Shown here piece by piece: positions 15,461 through 20,000 of a stretch of DNA of 20,000 nt. The position numbers and the translations under genes are program-made. Under the pieces are notes generated by a model. That model saw only the letters and a list, made by a program, of their open reading frames with translations. It was not told the DNA's origin and made no database searches. How positions within the stretch are numbered: position 1 is the first letter of the stretch; every line of letters starts with the position of its first letter. The stretch lies in IMG/VR virus record IMGVR_UViG_3300034418_011988. The stretch is one strand, 5' to 3'. Origin of the DNA: an uncultured virus (IMG/VR IMGVR_UViG_3300034418_011988). Taxonomy: Duplodnaviria > Heunggongvirae > Uroviricota > Caudoviricetes.

Positions 15461-18400
15461 GTCCGGCCGACCCGCTTGAGGGCCGTACCCAAGCCCCCTA
15501 AGGTCAAGAGGTTCAAAGGATCCAGGAAAAGCTCGGCTGCAGTCGCCAGGGCCGGGGACCCAGTGATATCCAAGGTCTGCTGGCCCATGAACTCCGACGG
15601 CGCGGCGAGCGCCTCCAAGGGACCCGCAGCAGCTTGAAGGGCGTCCATCGAGCCCTGGCTGCTGGGCATGTAGGTCAGAGCCTCGGTGATTTCATTGATC
15701 CGAGCCTCCGCCGCCTCCCGGTCCCCCGTGCGGGCAAGGGTGAAGAGCCCCTCAAGCCCTGCGGGCACCGAGCCCAGGATCGAGCTCCCGATCGTCGCGG
15801 CAGCCTCAAGCGCTTCCCGGGGACCAATGGAGGGCTCTCTCATTTGGGCCTCCATCATGAGCCGGTCCAGGGCCTGGGAGGCGATCGCCGTTTGCCGCTG
15901 GTCGTAGTCCCCAAAGACGTTTTCCTGGGCCAAGGACCTTGCGCTTGCGTCACGGAAACTGAAGGGCTCATCGTCCTGGTAAAACGGGCTCATGCCGCGG
16001 GCCATGCGGTCCATGGCGTGGGCCCGGGCCTTCTCGATGATCGCCTGGGGTGGCCGATCCCGCCCAAGGTCCATGTTCGCGATCGTCTCGATCTCATCCC
16101 GGGTCAGGGTTGGGACCAGGAGCGGGTAGAAACCCTCCTCCGAGCCCGGCTGGCCCACCGAGACCTCGGTCATGGTGCGGCCGGAGACCCTGTTTTGAAT
16201 CGGGCCCAGGAAGCCGCTCTCGGATTTAATTGAGCCATCCAGCCGGCGCATGTAATCCGGGACCTCATCCTGCCCAGGCTGGGGCATCGCAGCCGCAGGA
16301 GCCGGCGGGGTGAGCTCGGGGGCACCGAACAGGTCTTCCTCGATGCCTGCGGAGATGTTGATGGGCTCCGCCGGGGGAGGAGCGAAGGTAGCCTGAGGAG
16401 GCTGAGAGCCGCCCATGACAATCTGCTCGGCCATCTCTCGGGGGAAGCCAGCGTCGATCAGGCGCTGCGTGGCCCTGTCTGCGACCACAGGGGCGGACAG
16501 CGCCTCAGGAAGCGGCTGGGGCCCGGCTTCGCCAGGGAAGGCGCGCCCAAACTCTTCAAACTTAAGCTTCTCCTCTTGCGCCTGCTCTGGAGACAGGCCC
16601 TGCAGGGCAGCGATCCCCTGGGGAAGCAGTACCGGGAGCGGAGCAAAGCCAAACATCGTGGTAGGCGACTTCATCTTCTGGAAGATGGTTTCGCCTTCCT
16701 TCGTCGGGGTATCTAGGCGATAAATCTTGGACTCGTAGCCTTCGACCGCCATGGTTTCTGGCAGCCCCGAGGCCGAGACAGGCGCAGGGCCTATGGCCTT
16801 ATCGATGGCTGAGGGGATGTTTTGATCATACTGAACCCGCAGCCCTGGATCGCCCCAGCGATCGACATGCACCTGGCCGGGCGCGAAGCTGACGCCGTCG
16901 TAGCCCTCCTCGGCGGCCTTCTTGAAGATGTACTTCACCGCCAGCCTGTTCCAGGAGTCAGTATCAAGGACGAAGGGTCCTTGCTGCGGCAGGCCACGCT
17001 GCTCTTTCCCTTGGCGTATCTTCGCGCCTTCAGGATCCGCCCTGTCCAAGGCGGCTTGCAGCTTTGACATCAGCTTTGGATCGACGCCATTCGATGCTAA
17101 GTACCTCTCCCGCTCTTGCAGTATCCGCTCAAAAACCTCATTCCATTGCGGATTGTCGCGTATGGAGGCAAGGCCTTCAGGATTTTTTTTAGGCAGGGCC
17201 CCTGTCTTTTCTCCCGCACGAATCAATACCGATTCTAGGTATGAGCCGCCGCCCTGTGCCAGGCGCTCCCGAGCCTCACGCTCCGCCTCTGCCCGATAAT
17301 TATCGCCATACATCCGGCGCAGTCTTTCCCTCGCGCTTTCGCCGCCCCCAAACTCGCCCATGAGCTCGCGGACATAAAGATCGACCGCTTGCTCGTCAGT
17401 AAGGCTGTCCAGGAAATCTTCTTGGAGGGCGTCTACAGTCCTGATCTTGGCCTCTCGGTCTGCATTACTCAGCGCAACGAAAACGTCTGCCGCTGCGTCT
17501 AGCGGCCTATTGCCCGAGCGATATCGGCGCGAAGCGCTGGACAAGCTGGAGAGACTGCCTAAGAACGAATTCCCAAAACCAGCACCGTCATCAAAAATTC
17601 TTGACTGATCAATCTGCTCGATTAAGGGCATTGCCTCTTCAAGCAGCTGAGTCGAAGCCTTCTCGGCCTCTTCGACTTTCTGCGGGGACCTAAAGCCCTT
17701 CTTGCGGCCCGTCTGCGCCCAGTCAGACTGGAGCTCCTCCACATACAAGATCCTCTCCCCCGTGGGCAGCACGCGATCTTTCGTGCGGACGTGGAAGACG
17801 TTGTTTATGTCGTCGGGGAAGTGAACATTCTCCCGGAACTTGGTCTCGCCGCCGCTCGGCAGGGAGAGCCGGGTCTCTTGATAGTTTTCGCCCCCGCCGA
17901 GGGTATATTGGCCCCAGCTCGTATCCCCCTGGGCCAGATCCTCAAAATCATCGTACTCGTTAGCAATCGCCTGAAGCTGAACCTGGGCTTCTTCCGGGCT
18001 GAAGATGCTTGCGTTGTCGAGCTGGGCACGAATGTTCGCCGGGACGTCGTTGTATTCAAGCCCAGAAAGGCCATAGCCCGTGTCGTCATTACCAATCAGC
18101 GAGTAGCTGAAAGACGCGCCGCGCATGTCCCCTACGTTTTGCGTATCCCCGTCCTGCTGGTCTCTTGCTATGAGGGTGATGCGGCGGACGGGATTGTCGT
18201 CATAGTTTATTTCGACAAGGCTCCTGGCCTGCCTCTCCAGGTCCTCTTGTATTGCATCGGGCAGGTCATCAAAGTCGCCTGTCCCCTCACCATAATCCTT
18301 CAGGAGGGTACGAAGCGCGTCGTCCGAATCCCGGTCGAGGCCGGGGGCCAGGCGGCGGATGTAATCGTCGATGACGTCATCATCGAAGATAAACATTTCT

Positions 18401-20000
18401 GGCGCGTCGTTTAGGTAGTAAGACACTTCCTCATCGATGTAGCTTTGGCCATAGGCCTCGTCAATGGTCAGGTCTTCGTATTCGTAATCGAAGTCAAAGG
18501 TCCCCTCGGACGGCCCAGCGCTGACCCGCTCCTCCATCACGACGCGGTTTTCTTCAATCTGGTCCAGGATCTGCTGCTGGGTGACCCTGTCCTGGCGGAA
18601 AAGCCGATCCAGGCCCAGGGCATCAATCTCCTCATCCCTGACGCCCTGCTTCTTGAAATACCGCCGCGTGTCATCGCCGCGCCCCTTCGCTTGGGGCATT
18701 TTCTTGGCGACGTCCTCAGCCTTGCTGTACAGGCCGATATCGTTGACGGGAGCAAGGATCGCCGCCTTTTTGACGACCCCGCCGATGCCCATGTTTTTTG
18801 CCGTGCGGGCAGCAGCAGACACCGCGCCGCCGAGAGCCATGCCGGGCGCCATGAGCGGAGCCGCCTGGGCCTCCTCCTGGAGCAGGGCCTCGATTCCGAC
18901 GGCAGCGCCCGCGCCACCGCCGAGGATCTTGCGGAGGAGCTCCGAGGTAATCCGGCCAGACTTGGCGCCCATCTGCATAGAGCGCAGGTCCGTGTCCCGC
19001 GGCCTCAAGGGGTCCGGGATATTCCGGGCCTCGACGATATCCGGCAGGAGCTCAAAGACGTTGATGTCCTCCTTGAGCACGCCCACGCCCTCCCCGGGCA
19101 CCGCGTAGGGGTAGCTCGGGTGGGTCGAGAAATCCATCTCCAAATCGGTCAGGATGCGGCCCACGTTCTGCACGCCGCCCTGCTGGGCATCAAGCTGAGC
19201 AGGATCGGCTACCGCAAGGCGCGCCTCGCCAATGGACAGGCCGCCGCGGTCTCGGAACTCCACGTCCATGACGTTTTTCGCCGCCTTGCGAGCTTTGTCA
19301 GGGGCCGCCCGGAAAACGTCAATCGCGTCGGGGCTGTCGATGCCAGGCCAGTCGGGGATGATCCTCTTGAGCTTAGAGTCCAGGCTGCGCTTGGTTTTCT
19401 TGTTCATGCTGTCCCGGGCAAAGGACAGCATGGTCTCGCCGGTCATGGTCGCGAAGTCCCCGCCCGTGGGCGCCATGCGCCAGGGCAGGAAGATCGGATC
19501 CATTCCAGTCGTGTCCTTGGCCCTTTGGGCGGCCGAGAAGATGTCCGAGGCCTGCGCCTTGCCTGATGCCCAGACCTGCCCAGGGTTGTAATCGAACATG
19601 AAGTCCTGGCCGCCGCGCAGGTTCACCGGCTCGCTGAGCGGGAGCCCGCGGATGTCCGTGAGCAACCCACCGGCAGCGGTGCGGTCAGACATGGAAGTGA
19701 CGAAGGGATAGCCCTCAAAATCCGCAATGCTGACGTCGGGGCGCTCAAGGGGCCGAGGCTCGACGGCGACCTCAAGGTTCTGGAGGCGCTCCTGCTCCTT
19801 CTTGCGCGGGTCAAAGCGCGGGTCGAACTCGTCGCCGATGCGGCGGGCGACTTTCGCCGCGCCTTTCACAATCCCGCCGATAGCCATGTCCTCGGCCTTC
19901 TTGGGCAGCGGAACGCGATCCTCGCCACGGCCCGAGCGCATGATCATGACAGGGATCGATTCCTCGCCCAGGTTCTTGGCAGCCATGGCGCGATGGAACC
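15454..20000 (-). CDS. Large multi-module (polyvalent-type) phage protein, >1510 aa, probably truncated by the right window edge
   Basis: The frame stays open upstream of ATG 19986 (xGG-TTC-CAT-CGC-GCC, giving FHRAMAAKNLGEESIPV, ParB/Srx-like) and there is no RBS. Contains YSK...KG...QGVRDEEI, YTLGGGENY...HF...HVR...LYVEELQSDW and AAEEGYDGVSF motifs typical of large polyvalent phage proteins. Confidence 0.8.
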   Translation of the reverse strand, partial: FHRAMAAKNLGEESIPVMIMRSGRGEDRVPLPKKAEDMAIGGIVKGAAKVARRIGDEFDPRFDPRKKEQERLQNLEVAVEPRPLERPDVSIADFEGYPFVTSMSDRTAAGGLLTDIRGLPLSEPVNLRGGQDFMFDYNPGQVWASGKAQASDIFSAAQRAKDTTGMDPIFLPWRMAPTGGDFATMTGETMLSFARDSMNKKTKRSLDSKLKRIIPDWPGIDSPDAIDVFRAAPDKARKAAKNVMDVEFRDRGGLSIGEARLAVADPAQLDAQQGGVQNVGRILTDLEMDFSTHPSYPYAVPGEGVGVLKEDINVFELLPDIVEARNIPDPLRPRDTDLRSMQMGAKSGRITSELLRKILGGGAGAAVGIEALLQEEAQAAPLMAPGMALGGAVSAAARTAKNMGIGGVVKKAAILAPVNDIGLYSKAEDVAKKMPQAKGRGDDTRRYFKKQGVRDEEIDALGLDRLFRQDRVTQQQILDQIEENRVVMEERVSAGPSEGTFDFDYEYEDLTIDEAYGQSYIDEEVSYYLNDAPEMFIFDDDVIDDYIRRLAPGLDRDSDDALRTLLKDYGEGTGDFDDLPDAIQEDLERQARSLVEINYDDNPVRRITLIARDQQDGDTQNVGDMRGASFSYSLIGNDDTGYGLSGLEYNDVPANIRAQLDNASIFSPEEAQVQLQAIANEYDDFEDLAQGDTSWGQYTLGGGENYQETRLSLPSGGETKFRENVHFPDDINNVFHVRTKDRVLPTGERILYVEELQSDWAQTGRKKGFRSPQKVEEAEKASTQLLEEAMPLIEQIDQSRIFDDGAGFGNSFLGSLSSLSSASRRYRSGNRPLDAAADVFVALSNADREAKIRTVDALQEDFLDSLTDEQAVDLYVRELMGEFGGGESARERLRRMYGDNYRAEAEREARERLAQGGGSYLESVLIRAGEKTGALPKKNPEGLASIRDNPQWNEVFERILQERERYLASNGVDPKLMSKLQAALDRADPEGAKIRQGKEQRGLPQQGPFVLDTDSWNRLAVKYIFKKAAEEGYDGVSFAPGQVHVDRWGDPGLRVQYDQNIPSAIDKAIGPAPVSASGLPETMAVEGYESKIYRLDTPTKEGETIFQKMKSPTTMFGFAPLPVLLPQGIAALQGLSPEQAQEEKLKFEEFGRAFPGEAGPQPLPEALSAPVVADRATQRLIDAGFPREMAEQIVMGGSQPPQATFAPPPAEPINISAGIEEDLFGAPELTPPAPAAAMPQPGQDEVPDYMRRLDGSIKSESGFLGPIQNRVSGRTMTEVSVGQPGSEEGFYPLLVPTLTRDEIETIANMDLGRDRPPQAIIEKARAHAMDRMARGMSPFYQDDEPFSFRDASARSLAQENVFGDYDQRQTAIASQALDRLMMEAQMREPSIGPREALEAAATIGSSILGSVPAGLEGLFTLARTGDREAAEARINEITEALTYMPSSQGSMDALQAAAGPLEALAAPSEFMGQQTLDITGSPALATAAELFLDPLNLLTLGGLGTALKRVGRTQ

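Noticed and set aside
14006..15465. Near-direct repeat CTGAG(G)TCCG at both ends of the recombinase cassette as a target-site duplication
   Set aside because: Short, imperfect and inside coding sequence; plausible by chance in GC-rich DNA.
835..16254. Identical hexapeptide YMRRLD in the left ORF and in the giant protein
   Set aside because: Different codons and unrelated flanking context; most likely coincidence.
15634..19814. Plus-strand ORFs inside the giant gene (e.g. 17791-18414, 18445-19566)
   Set aside because: Antisense shadows of a high-GC3 gene with no protein-like features.
19984..19986. ATG 19986 as the true start of the large protein
   Set aside because: No RBS, the frame is open to the window edge, and the Met lies inside a ParB-like motif.

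Overview
The window is a fragment of a GC-rich tailed-phage genome (or prophage), most likely podovirus-like. It holds the tail and ejection-protein module, almost entirely on the minus strand and tightly coupled (TAATG/ATGA overlaps). In transcription order (right to left): a very large multi-module 'polyvalent' protein that probably starts beyond the right edge; a small cassette with a divergent 57-aa gene, a 77-aa gene, a mid-sized serine recombinase and a 47-aa gene; a 22-aa-repeat virion protein; a mosaic tail fibre; four small fibre-associated or membrane genes; a tail nozzle/stabilisation protein; a 98-aa virion protein; a Zn-ribbon protein; and three putative ejection proteins. The last of these (>843 aa, 2530 to the left edge) is missing from the ORF track. 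Main points of interest: (1) a recurring M/F/A-x-x-G-G-x-V/I motif at module boundaries in three putative injected proteins; (2) the polyvalent protein, with a ParB-like tail, a split GNAT-like unit and an acidic insert; (3) the recombinase cassette, with a palindrome over its predicted promoter; (4) a tail fibre of AT-rich blocks between GC-rich anchors; (5) an antimicrobial-peptide-like helix in an ejection protein. All family assignments come from motif recognition, not database searches.
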